From a virus, in the IMG/VR virus record IMGVR_UViG_3300008262_000016: 64,000 nt of DNA. The stretch is one strand, 5' to 3'. This document shows, piece after piece, positions 18,104 through 26,678 of the stretch; the first letter of the stretch is position 1; each line of letters starts with the position of its first letter. The position numbers were made by a program, and so were the translations under genes. A model generated the notes under the pieces. That model was given only the letters and a program-made list of their open reading frames with translations. It made no database searches and was not told the origin of the DNA.

Positions 18104-18271
18104 TTACAGGGGTTTAACACCCTGTTCCTTACAAAGTTTGAAGTAGAGTTTATAATACCTCTGCTTCATCTCAGCAAGGATTTTATTGTCCTCTTCAAAA
18201 CCCAATTTCTTGGTATGGGCATAACACCCCTCAAGTTCTCCAATTAATATTAGAATTTTTATTGGGTCCAT
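18104..18271 (-). CDS. hypothetical protein (55 aa) between tRNAs
   Basis: Manual translation MDPIKILILIGELEGC... Confidence 0.6.
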   Translation of the reverse strand: MDPIKILILIGELEGCYAHTKKLGFEEDNKILAEMKQRYYKLYFKLCKEQGVKPL

Positions 18272-18287
18272 AATGAAGAAAGGACAA

Positions 18288-18360
18288 CAGGCACGGCTGG
18301 ACTCGAACCAGCAATCGGCAACTTAGAAGGTTGATGCATTATCCATTATGCTACGTGCCC
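18288..18360 (-). tRNA. tRNA-Arg(UCU)
   Basis: CAAC-CT TCT AA-GTTG; promoter TTGACA-17-TATACT upstream. Confidence 0.95.
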
Positions 18361-18399
18361 ATAAGAGTAGTATACACTACTCAGTTTTGTTTGTCAAGA

Positions 18400-18771
18400 T
18401 CAGTCCCAAGAAACATTTTGAACAAGGAAACCAGGCATTACATAAGTCCAAGCACCCAAGTCATTATGACCACCAACCTTGTAGTCCCACTTGTATTCAA
18501 ACTTATTGTGACTATCCCAAGTCATATATCCCTGCTCCTTATCAAAGCGACCCTTGATAGTGAGAGAGTGCTTATTAGAGAAGATGTTACGAGTGCGAAG
18601 TGCTCCACCCTTTTCACGGGTTTCAACTACTACACAAGTATCAGGATAGGTTTGAATACCTTGCTCCAACAAACAAGGAGTTTCATAACGAAATGGGCGA
18701 TAAGTTTGCTCTGGTGTTGCAAGTGCAGGAGCACCAGAAAGAATCAGAGCAAGAGCAATGAGTTTTTTCAT
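18400..18771 (-). CDS. secreted hypothetical protein
   Basis: Signal peptide MKKLIALALILSGAPALA. Confidence 0.7.
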   Translation of the reverse strand: MKKLIALALILSGAPALATPEQTYRPFRYETPCLLEQGIQTYPDTCVVVETREKGGALRTRNIFSNKHSLTIKGRFDKEQGYMTWDSHNKFEYKWDYKVGGHNDLGAWTYVMPGFLVQNVSWD

Positions 18772-19082
18772 CCTACAACCCTCCAGCATACAGTAGCGTT
18801 TCCTTTTCTTGTAGATTCGATGTGAGCAAAAGCAGAATAAGAAAGGTCTAAATCTGCGTGGGAGTAAGGACCACGATCATTCACTCTTACAATCACTTGT
18901 TTGAGATTGTCTTGATTCGTCACCCGAATTTTTGTACCCATAGGTAGATAAGGATGAGCTGCAGTCCAACGATAAGCATCAAACCTTTCGCCGTTTGCAG
19001 TAGTTTGACCATGAAATCCATCTCCTAAACCATAGAAAGTAGCAATACCACAGGTAAGACCAGCAATTACAGTTTCAATCAT
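18768..19082 (-). CDS. rlpA: RlpA-like (DPBB) lytic transglycosylase
   Basis: FHGQTTANGERF, TAAH..LP.GT, VRVNDRGP, DLS. Confidence 0.9.
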   Translation of the reverse strand: MIETVIAGLTCGIATFYGLGDGFHGQTTANGERFDAYRWTAAHPYLPMGTKIRVTNQDNLKQVIVRVNDRGPYSHADLDLSYSAFAHIESTRKGNATVCWRVVG

Positions 19083-19467
19083 TAAGGCAATTTTCAGTCC
19101 AAGGAGCACAAAGGCGCATCTCACCACCAAGCAGTTTCTGCGCCTCACTACCGTCAGGTGGTCTCTCAACCAACTTCGGTCTAGGTATTATAGGGTCTTC
19201 TGGGTTTTCCGTCAAGTACTTCTCAATGGCGACGTCAACGTCCATGGTGACCCGCCTCTCGGTCTTCTCAGGGTCTCTGATGATAAGTTCATTGAGAATA
19301 CCAAGTGGAAGATATTTTCTCTGTAACTCATCCAACATATCCCAGAGTTTGGTTTCACTTATCCCAGTAAATGTTGAGAGTGCTGCGATAAGAAGTGATA
19401 CGATAATACTTACTTTTATTATCTCTCGTTTATCTGGTTTTTTATTTCCAAACTGAAAGTTAATCAT
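19075..19467 (-). CDS. membrane-anchored hypothetical protein
   Basis: N-terminal TM segment. Confidence 0.65.
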   Translation of the reverse strand: MINFQFGNKKPDKREIIKVSIIVSLLIAALSTFTGISETKLWDMLDELQRKYLPLGILNELIIRDPEKTERRVTMDVDVAIEKYLTENPEDPIIPRPKLVERPPDGSEAQKLLGGEMRLCAPWTENCLND

Positions 19468-19498
19468 AAGGGAGAGTAAGCAGCACTCCCCTTATATA

Positions 19499-19699
19499 TC
19501 ACTCTTCAGTCACTTCTTCAGTCACTTCTTCAGTCACTTCTGGTTCTGGAAGGGTTACGCCGATTTGAGCCAAATACTCAATTGCTCCCTGAATTTTCCA
19601 AAGCAGTTCCCGATTTGTAGTCATTTGTTGGTCTAGATTATTTCTTTGCTCTAAAAGATTTGCTAGATGTTGTTGTTGTTCGGTCATTTCTGTTCCCAA
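19499..19699 (-). CDS. small coiled-coil protein with VTEE x3 tail
   Basis: ORF with 12-bp tandem repeat at about 19502-19540. Confidence 0.6.
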   Translation of the reverse strand: MGTEMTEQQQHLANLLEQRNNLDQQMTTNRELLWKIQGAIEYLAQIGVTLPEPEVTEEVTEEVTEE

Positions 19700-19756
19700 T
19701 CTATAGAATAAAAAGTAAAGGGGAAGTAAATCCCTCCCCCTATATATTCAGTTTTT

Positions 19757-20395
19757 TTAAACCTCTACCGTGATCAGTCGGTTAGCATAATCATGTGCAT
19801 AATGTGTGCGAGCACCATGATGCCCCCAACCAATCCAACTATACGCATAGTCCATGTAACGATTGATAGACTTACCAGGAGTTTTCATCCTGTCCTCAAT
19901 TCGTTGCCATTGAACCTCAGTCGTTAGATAACGAAGTTGCGTGTGTAAGTCTGATGGTTTCCCACCATACTTATTAGCAAAAGCACCCAATCCATAATAA
20001 CGGTTGGCAGATGTCCATTGAATCAGTCCGTAACCGCGTCCGCAGTTACTCCAACTGGTTCTGCTACCACCTTCGCAGATATTAGGCACGAATGTTGATT
20101 CCTGTCTAATATTGCCCATGATAGTAGCAAGGGCGTTTCTGTCTGTAATACCACGCTCCTGGAAGTATGCCAGGGTAGCATTCTCATTTTCATTACACCC
20201 TTTACAAATTAGCCTTATCTCTTTTGGCTTTTCGGGAGCAACCTCTTTGGTCGCTGTCTTCTCATCTACAAGATTCAATACATCAGTAATAAATGGGGGA
20301 GGACCCTGCATCTTGTAGTTTACGAATGGCAGTGTTGCCGCATTGGTTGTAACCGTTGCCAGAAGGGGCAGGGCTACAGTAAAGAAGTTTTGCAC
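19757..20395 (-). CDS. phage tail-lysozyme-like cell wall hydrolase
   Basis: A.IMGNI.QES, GYGLIQWT..R, QL.Y motifs; GTG start. Confidence 0.8.
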   Translation of the reverse strand: MQNFFTVALPLLATVTTNAATLPFVNYKMQGPPPFITDVLNLVDEKTATKEVAPEKPKEIRLICKGCNENENATLAYFQERGITDRNALATIMGNIRQESTFVPNICEGGSRTSWSNCGRGYGLIQWTSANRYYGLGAFANKYGGKPSDLHTQLRYLTTEVQWQRIEDRMKTPGKSINRYMDYAYSWIGWGHHGARTHYAHDYANRLITVEV

Positions 20396-20611
20396 TAAAT
20401 TTAATTGAACTCTACATCCGAATAGAAGGGGGGTATACCACAACCATCTCTGGGGGCACCTTCCTCGGCTCTAATGTCACTTCAATGACTCATAATAAAA
20501 AACCCAACCAGAAGTTGGGTCTACACATAATAAGTGATTATTTATCTTTTGTCAAGAATTTGATTTTAAAGGCAGTTTCACTAAATACTTTTAGTGTTTA
20601 TCGCAACTCAA

Positions 20612-21106
20612 ATGAAAAGACTATTTCTAGCCTTTTCGTTATTCTTAACAACTCCAGTCTTTGCAGGGGAAATCACCCATAAGATTGTTGATTCGGTACA
20701 ACTGACTGTTGATGGTGCTGCTTCTGCCGCAACCAGAATCGGTTCTTCATATGCTGTAACTGGAAGCAACATTTCCGCTACAACTTTCGGTGGTCTTACC
20801 GCTCCAGCAAGCACCACTGCTGCTGCTACCCAGATTCAGGGTTCTTATGATGTAAACACCGCTGGTCAAGCATTCAGTTTCTCTGAATCCTTTACTGCTG
20901 GTGATGCTATTCCAAGTGGTACAACAGTAACCTCTGGTGTTGTTGGTTCTCTTCCTTCTTTCGGAAGCGTTACCACTTCTTCTGGTGGTGTTGCTGGTTC
21001 CCTTGCTGGTTCTCTTTCTGGTACTGGTGTTCCTACGGTTACTGCTGGTGGTGCTGGTACTCAAGCAGTCGGTCAAAGATCCATTGAGTTAAGCGTATTT
21101 AAATGA
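20612..21106 (+). CDS. secreted Thr/Ser/Gly-rich protein
   Basis: Signal peptide; CTAAATA late-type promoter at 20581. Confidence 0.8.
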   Translation: MKRLFLAFSLFLTTPVFAGEITHKIVDSVQLTVDGAASAATRIGSSYAVTGSNISATTFGGLTAPASTTAAATQIQGSYDVNTAGQAFSFSESFTAGDAIPSGTTVTSGVVGSLPSFGSVTTSSGGVAGSLAGSLSGTGVPTVTAGGAGTQAVGQRSIELSVFK

Positions 21107-21465
21107 GACTTATAAATCCCGTCTTGCTAGTAGCGACGGGATTTATATCCCCCGCTCTAGCAGTGCCCGTTACGCCTAACTTCACCAGCGGCACAATGAC
21201 TTCACACACGGAGTCCACAACAACTGTAAATGAAACTATTCGCCAAATTGATTATCAGACAGGATGGAGTTACACAGTTACAGGGACAAACATCAATATT
21301 CCCGCAACACCAAAAGTAGGAACACCCTATACCATTATGGAAAATGGTGCTCCATTCCAGTTCACGGAAACTTATTCGGGACCAGGAATGATCAAAGACA
21401 CAACTGTGAATCGCAGCACAACCATAATGTCGGTTACAGATACAACAAGTGTCTTCACACAATAG
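21103..21465 (+). CDS. secreted Thr-rich protein
   Basis: Signal peptide, VPVTPNFTSG; ATGA overlap with upstream gene. Confidence 0.8.
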   Translation: MRLINPVLLVATGFISPALAVPVTPNFTSGTMTSHTESTTTVNETIRQIDYQTGWSYTVTGTNINIPATPKVGTPYTIMENGAPFQFTETYSGPGMIKDTTVNRSTTIMSVTDTTSVFTQ

Positions 21466-22118
21466 CATCCGCCCTTGTTCTCACTGCCTTTGCGACCCCT
21501 GTATATGCGGAAGGGGATACTCCAATCACTGCGGTTGCAAATCCACAGGCAACCTCAACAGGAAGTGTAACAAACCAGGCGGTTCAGGTCTTACAAGGTC
21601 CATACGTTACCAACTCATACGGTGGTGGCGTAAGTTGTCAAGGACCAACCTTTAACCTGACACCATTTCTTACTACTACAAATAGTGGTCAAAGACCATT
21701 TGAGGAACTTGCGAATATTGATAATGATCCTACCACTCCTTTAGAAAGAACTGGACAGAAGGACAACTGGGCAAAGAACTTTGGAATCTCTGGGACCATC
21801 TCCATTCCTTTGGATGGTGGTCTACAAGCACGCTGTAAGGAAGCAGCAGAGACTTGGACTAATCGCCAGAAGGCGGAGACTGATAAGGCTCGTTTGGACT
21901 TTGAGCTCGTCCGCCTCTTAAAATGCATATGTGCTGATGTTGTTGTTGTGTCCAATGGAGGTATTGTTCCTTCTTCTGCTGCTTTAGTTCCTTCTGGAAT
22001 GTCTTCAAAACCTTCTTCTTCAGTTCCAGTTGGGCAGCGAAGTCAACCTGTAACTCATAAGGCGTCAGGTCTCGGTGGAGCCGTTTCTTTGCCTGAACGT
22101 ACACCTGCTGGACGATAG
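21440..22118 (+). CDS. secreted hypothetical protein, start uncertain
   Basis: ANPQATSTGSVTNQAVQV...SCQGPT...SIPLD; signal-like segment lacks a nearby ATG. Confidence 0.7.
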
Positions 22119-22599
22119 GTTTCATTTTACCTACCATCCATTCCACCAGAGATTTGCCAACAAGAGCCGCAGCAACAGAAGCAGTAGCAGTGGTGCCAGC
22201 AAGAATAACCTGCTCTTTAGGTGGGATGGGAACTTGTCCGATGAGGGGTACTTCAATGACGGGTACTCCTAAGTTTGTTGTTGGTGGTGGTGTAACTACC
22301 TGTGTTTCTTGTGGAACCTGAACGGCAGGAGGAACAACAGGAGCGGCAGGTGGTAGTTGCCTAGACTTCTCTTCTTGGGTTTCTTCCTTTTCTTTTTGCG
22401 AATTCTGTCCCTCCACTATCTGTTTCCATTGTTCCGTTGTTGGAACATCAATGGGTTCATAATAAGGAATTTCAGCAGTAGGAACTTGGACTACTGGTTT
22501 TTGTAAAGATCTTATGGATGGTGTTAAGACAACAGGTGGTTCCAATCTACGAACAACTGGAACCTCAACTTGGTGAACTTGTATCTCTGGGATTTCCAT
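21859..22599 (-). CDS. Pro-rich membrane-associated hypothetical protein, convergently overlapping the plus-strand gene
   Basis: ORF with hydrophobic TTATASVAAALVG segment. Confidence 0.6.
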   Translation of the reverse strand: MEIPEIQVHQVEVPVVRRLEPPVVLTPSIRSLQKPVVQVPTAEIPYYEPIDVPTTEQWKQIVEGQNSQKEKEETQEEKSRQLPPAAPVVPPAVQVPQETQVVTPPPTTNLGVPVIEVPLIGQVPIPPKEQVILAGTTATASVAAALVGKSLVEWMVGKMKPIVQQVYVQAKKRLHRDLTPYELQVDFAAQLELKKKVLKTFQKELKQQKKEQYLHWTQQQHQHICILRGGRAQSPNEPYQSPPSGD

Positions 22600-22602
22600 T
22601 CC

Positions 22603-23034
22603 CTACTCAATCAATGTGCCCTTTGCTCTACGAATTTCTCTGAGTGGTTCCCAGTCCTTATCTTTTGTTCCACCATCATAAGGAAGAGCATAACCCTCAG
22701 TAATCATTTGGTTATTCAAAGATTCATCTTGTCCGTTAATAAAAAGATGTCCGATAATGCGCCCATATTTCTCAGTAGAATCTGGTTTTTCTGTGCGGAT
22801 AACAACATCAAAAGCATCTTCTAACTGATGCTTCAACCAGTTCTTCGCATCTAATCCAAGTTCTTTTTCTTTGAGATCTCTCGTGCGACTTTCTGGGGTA
22901 TCAATACCCGCCAGACGAATTCGTTTAGTGAGAGAAATATCAAACCCCAAATCAATGTCAGCATCAATGGTGTCGCCATCTACAACTCTTCCAACTGACT
23001 TAATTCTGTAAATATACGGATCTTTTTCTGACAT
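22603..23034 (-). CDS. SNase-like (thermonuclease) protein
   Basis: VVDGDT, RIRLAGIDTPE, KYGR, GYA..YDG. Confidence 0.88.
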   Translation of the reverse strand: MSEKDPYIYRIKSVGRVVDGDTIDADIDLGFDISLTKRIRLAGIDTPESRTRDLKEKELGLDAKNWLKHQLEDAFDVVIRTEKPDSTEKYGRIIGHLFINGQDESLNNQMITEGYALPYDGGTKDKDWEPLREIRRAKGTLIE

Positions 23035-23246
23035 TAGAAAGGAAGTTTAAACTCTTTCGTATTTAGTTTAGGCAGAGGAAGTTTCTCAAATGCCTTGTTG
23101 ACCTGCTTCTCTACAACAGCACCAACAAACTCTTCTGGGTTGTCTAAAATCTTCTGTGCTTTTTGATAGGTGATATATGCTCCTACACCAATCGCAGCAC
23201 TAATGCTTAGACTTGTCAGGGACAGAATCAGACTTATGTGTTTCAT
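23034..23246 (-). CDS. small membrane protein
   Basis: N-terminal TM. Confidence 0.6.
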   Translation of the reverse strand: MKHISLILSLTSLSISAAIGVGAYITYQKAQKILDNPEEFVGAVVEKQVNKAFEKLPLPKLNTKEFKLPF

Positions 23247-23347
23247 CTTTCATCTCCAAGTGGGCTAACCTAAGTATATAGAAAACACAATATCCTGTGA
23301 ACGCAAGTCCACAGGATAAGATGATGAATACTCCCCAGTTAAACTCA

Positions 23348-23548
23348 CTATTCATTCCACCAACCCTCTTCTTTGTGTATCCATACTTTCAGGTCTTTTA
23401 TATATTTCCTTAGTATATCTGCTTGCTCTTGATGCCAAAAATCACCCGTCTCTAAAAAAAGACGGGTGTGATTATCTATTGCTTGGAGTATTTTATGGAT
23501 GGGAGCATTCCAACACTCCCTTTTTGGAGTGTTCCATTCTCGTGGCAC
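23348..23548 (-). CDS. hypothetical protein
   Basis: ORF MPREWNTPKRE. Confidence 0.6.
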   Translation of the reverse strand: MPREWNTPKRECWNAPIHKILQAIDNHTRLFLETGDFWHQEQADILRKYIKDLKVWIHKEEGWWNE

Positions 23549-23651
23549 GGGATTACGAGCGAGTGTATTTCATTGTATCTAAAATATTCCAACTGGCAAC
23601 TACCAGGACTAATTTCGGCATAACCAACTATTAAAAAAGCAATGAGTTCCA

Positions 23652-23759
23652 TTACTTCTTTTTGCCGCCATTCTTCGCCTTCTTAGCGGTTGCGTTGCCT
23701 TGATTCTGCTTCTTATTACCAGCGGAACCTTTCTTACCTTTGTTTGGTGACTTGGACAT
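23652..23759 (-). CDS. 35-aa Lys-rich basic peptide, absent from the ORF track
   Basis: MSKSPNKGKKGSAGNKKQNQGNATAKKAKNGGKKK; TAATG coupling on both sides. Confidence 0.65.
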   Translation of the reverse strand: MSKSPNKGKKGSAGNKKQNQGNATAKKAKNGGKKK

Positions 23760-24133
23760 TATGCTCCTGTGCGGGGTGTGACGAACCCTTCACCTTCTTC
23801 ACCTTCTACTTTAGTCTCAAGTGCTTCTACTCTTTCCTCAAGGGATACAGGAGTTTCTGCTACAACTAACTCAGGTGCTGGTGGTTCTGGTGGAGCAACA
23901 ACCAATTCTCTTCTTGGTTCAGGTGCTGGATGATCATGGTCATCGTCGTCACCACCTTTCTTCATTGTATTGATACCAAAAGTCGCAGCAGAAGCTGTGA
24001 AGACGGTAGCAATGAAGGTGGGGTCCATCTTAGATAGAGCCCCAGCATAACTTGCGGTGAGGAGTGCAGCAGACCAACTCAAAATCAAAATACGAATCAA
24101 TGTCCCCATACGGTTTTCCTTTTTCTTGTCCAT
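23759..24133 (-). CDS. two-TM membrane protein
   Basis: ILSWSAALLT..DPTFIATVF..ATFGI. Confidence 0.7.
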   Translation of the reverse strand: MDKKKENRMGTLIRILILSWSAALLTASYAGALSKMDPTFIATVFTASAATFGINTMKKGGDDDDHDHPAPEPRRELVVAPPEPPAPELVVAETPVSLEERVEALETKVEGEEGEGFVTPRTGA

Positions 24134-24168
24134 CAGTTCCGTGTGATGAATTCTATGTATTTAGGTTT

Positions 24169-25749
24169 TTAGAATCTAAATTTGACCTTTGCTGCTACTT
24201 GAGTGTTGTTAATACCATCAGCAATCTGGTGAAGTCCTTCAATGAAAATAGTTTGGTTATAGTCAACAGAGGCAATAACTTCCACATCAGTATTAGTATT
24301 CACGGATGCTTCTAAAGCAACACCAAACTTATCTTTCTTCTTACCACCAAAGCGGTGAGAAACATTTACACCAACTTCACCGACATTCTCTGTCTTGTTG
24401 TAGTCACCAACACTTCTAGCAGACTGAACTGAACCATTCTCACTAAAGGCATCTCTACAAACATTACTTACAGTGTGTCCTACGAATGGAGTGATATTCT
24501 TATGAGCATTCCAATAGAGTCTGTTGTTGACCCACCACTCTTGCCCATTAGAAGCACTATCATTATTGAATACACCAGCAACATTTCTGGAAACAGAATA
24601 CTTGTTGAGAGCATATCCAGCATTGGTGCGAAGTGATAATGTATTACCACGCATCATACTGAATACACCAAAGTGTTCTTTAGAAAGACTCGAAGTGCTG
24701 TCGGCACCAGTTAAATCAACACTTACATTATTATACTGACCACCAATAGTCCAAGTTGGTTTTACATCAATCTCTACACCAGTTCCAAGAATGGTAGAAG
24801 TGCCGTAGTATCCATAGTCTCCGTGTGCCCATCCAAGATAGTTTTTGGAAAAGACTCTAACTTTCTCTTTGGTTTGAGAAGGAGTATGGTTAAGGGCACC
24901 ACGAAGAGTATTACCGACCTTATCAAGCATTTGATACTGGTCAATGCGTCCAGTAAACTTATCTGCTGCGTTTGTAGTTACAGTAGAACTTGAGTATGCG
25001 GTTGTTGTAGAGTTATCACTATAAGTATCTACAGTCGCATATGTTGTGGTTGTATCAGTTCTGGTGTTTCTATCAACAGTCTGAACACCATCTGCTTCTG
25101 ATGGGGTTTCGGTTATTGTAGTAACAACAGACTGAGAATATGGATTGGTTACAGAACTTACCAGAGTTGGTGTTGATGGTTGTTGTACTGTTCCAAACTC
25201 ATAGATATCCAGGATTCCATTCTGGTTAGCATCACCAGAAAGAAGTGTTGCTGAAAGAGTTACAGTAGCACTACGAATAATATTATCCATAGGCATCCAG
25301 TCTGCCGTTGGAGAACAGGTAGTACAGTAGGACTCAACATCACCTAAAGGAATATATGTGAAGGTATAGTCACCAGCAGAAAGTCCAGTGAAGTTTAGAC
25401 CCTGCCATGTGTAAGAATCTCCACCACCATTAGGATCACCATAAGGAACTAACTGGGTTCCATCAGATGTGAAGTAGTTTGTTCCAGGAATCAAACCAGC
25501 AGGAGTTGAACTCTCAAGTAGATTAAATTGATTGATTGTGGTTGTATAACTGGTTCCATTGGCACCTTCTAACTTAATTTCTGCTTCATTAAAGTTAGTT
25601 CCACCGTGCCAAGATCCATACCAGAAAGTAATACCACCTTGCCCATCCCCAACATAACCAATAGAGTTTGTATGCGCCAATGCTGCTGTAGGCAATGTGC
25701 CCATTAATAATGCAGACGCTGCAGCCAACGCCTTCTTAGTGTAAGACAT
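24169..25749 (-). CDS. autotransporter-like outer membrane protein
   Basis: Signal peptide, beta-rich passenger, Thr-rich linker, C-terminal amphipathic strands ending KFRF. Confidence 0.7.
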   Translation of the reverse strand: MSYTKKALAAASALLMGTLPTAALAHTNSIGYVGDGQGGITFWYGSWHGGTNFNEAEIKLEGANGTSYTTTINQFNLLESSTPAGLIPGTNYFTSDGTQLVPYGDPNGGGDSYTWQGLNFTGLSAGDYTFTYIPLGDVESYCTTCSPTADWMPMDNIIRSATVTLSATLLSGDANQNGILDIYEFGTVQQPSTPTLVSSVTNPYSQSVVTTITETPSEADGVQTVDRNTRTDTTTTYATVDTYSDNSTTTAYSSSTVTTNAADKFTGRIDQYQMLDKVGNTLRGALNHTPSQTKEKVRVFSKNYLGWAHGDYGYYGTSTILGTGVEIDVKPTWTIGGQYNNVSVDLTGADSTSSLSKEHFGVFSMMRGNTLSLRTNAGYALNKYSVSRNVAGVFNNDSASNGQEWWVNNRLYWNAHKNITPFVGHTVSNVCRDAFSENGSVQSARSVGDYNKTENVGEVGVNVSHRFGGKKKDKFGVALEASVNTNTDVEVIASVDYNQTIFIEGLHQIADGINNTQVAAKVKFRF

Positions 25750-25888
25750 AAAAATCCTCTGTGAGTTCAGTGTGTACTAAACGAAACAAACCGAAGTATG
25801 AAAAGTAAAGTATTCACCGAATCACAGAGGACTCGGACTATGTAGATTCAGACCATTAAGATCAAAATCAGTTATGACTGTATCTTAT

Positions 25889-26554
25889 TTATCCTTTCTT
25901 CCACGCTTCGCCTTCTGCCTTGCGGCGTCTTGCGAGTCCTGCCTCTACATTTGAACCAGGATTACGATAGAGATAAAGAGCATCAGGGACTAAATCCCAC
26001 TCCTTATTTTTAAGTCGCTTAGTAATGGTATTAAAATTATCGCCACCGTAAAACCCAGCACCAAGATTGTAAGCGAAAGATAATAGAGCGCCTCTTTTAC
26101 CATCTGACATTTCATTCCAATGAGGAATCTTTTGAAGTGCTGGAATAAACTGACTCTTACACTGACTAATCAGTAGGTCATCAGCTTCCTGTTGAGTGAT
26201 TGATTCACCAAGTTTGAAAGGAGAACCATCTTTCTTACGGGTAGAACCCCAACCAATAGTGATTGGAAGTCCACCAGAAAGAGGGTCAGGGTATGCATTT
26301 AAATGACATCCCTCAAACTCTTTGATCAACTTGATGCCCATCATAGGGACATCACCACTCGCAGTTACAGGAGCTGCAGCAGCAGGGGCTGGTGCAGCAC
26401 TAGACTTTTTTCCTCTATAGATTTCTGCCCAGTCAATATTATCTTCCAAATATTTGACGGGAAGATTATCTTCTAACCACTGAACTGCTTTCACATGGTT
26501 AGGGTTTCTTTCGTCGTAGAACTTAAAAAAGTTATGAAGGTCGATTCGTGCCAT
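25889..26554 (-). CDS. GH24 lysozyme (endolysin) with extra N-terminal module
   Basis: IKEFEG...YPD...TIGWG...ALLSFAYNLG...GLARRRKAE. Confidence 0.92.
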   Translation of the reverse strand: MARIDLHNFFKFYDERNPNHVKAVQWLEDNLPVKYLEDNIDWAEIYRGKKSSAAPAPAAAAPVTASGDVPMMGIKLIKEFEGCHLNAYPDPLSGGLPITIGWGSTRKKDGSPFKLGESITQQEADDLLISQCKSQFIPALQKIPHWNEMSDGKRGALLSFAYNLGAGFYGGDNFNTITKRLKNKEWDLVPDALYLYRNPGSNVEAGLARRRKAEGEAWKKG

Positions 26555-26678
26555 TGTTGTCTCCGAAATACTTTTGATACAGTTGACTTGCTTCTACATG
26601 CTTTCCATTATTTGTGAGGTCTTTAATCACCTTGAGCATCTTTCTTTTAAAATTAATCGAAGATTCTGCCCCATCCAT
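26532..26678 (-). CDS. small hypothetical protein between the two hydrolases
   Basis: MDGAESSINFKRKMLKVIK... Confidence 0.5.
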   Translation of the reverse strand: MDGAESSINFKRKMLKVIKDLTNNGKHVEASQLYQKYFGDNNGTNRPS

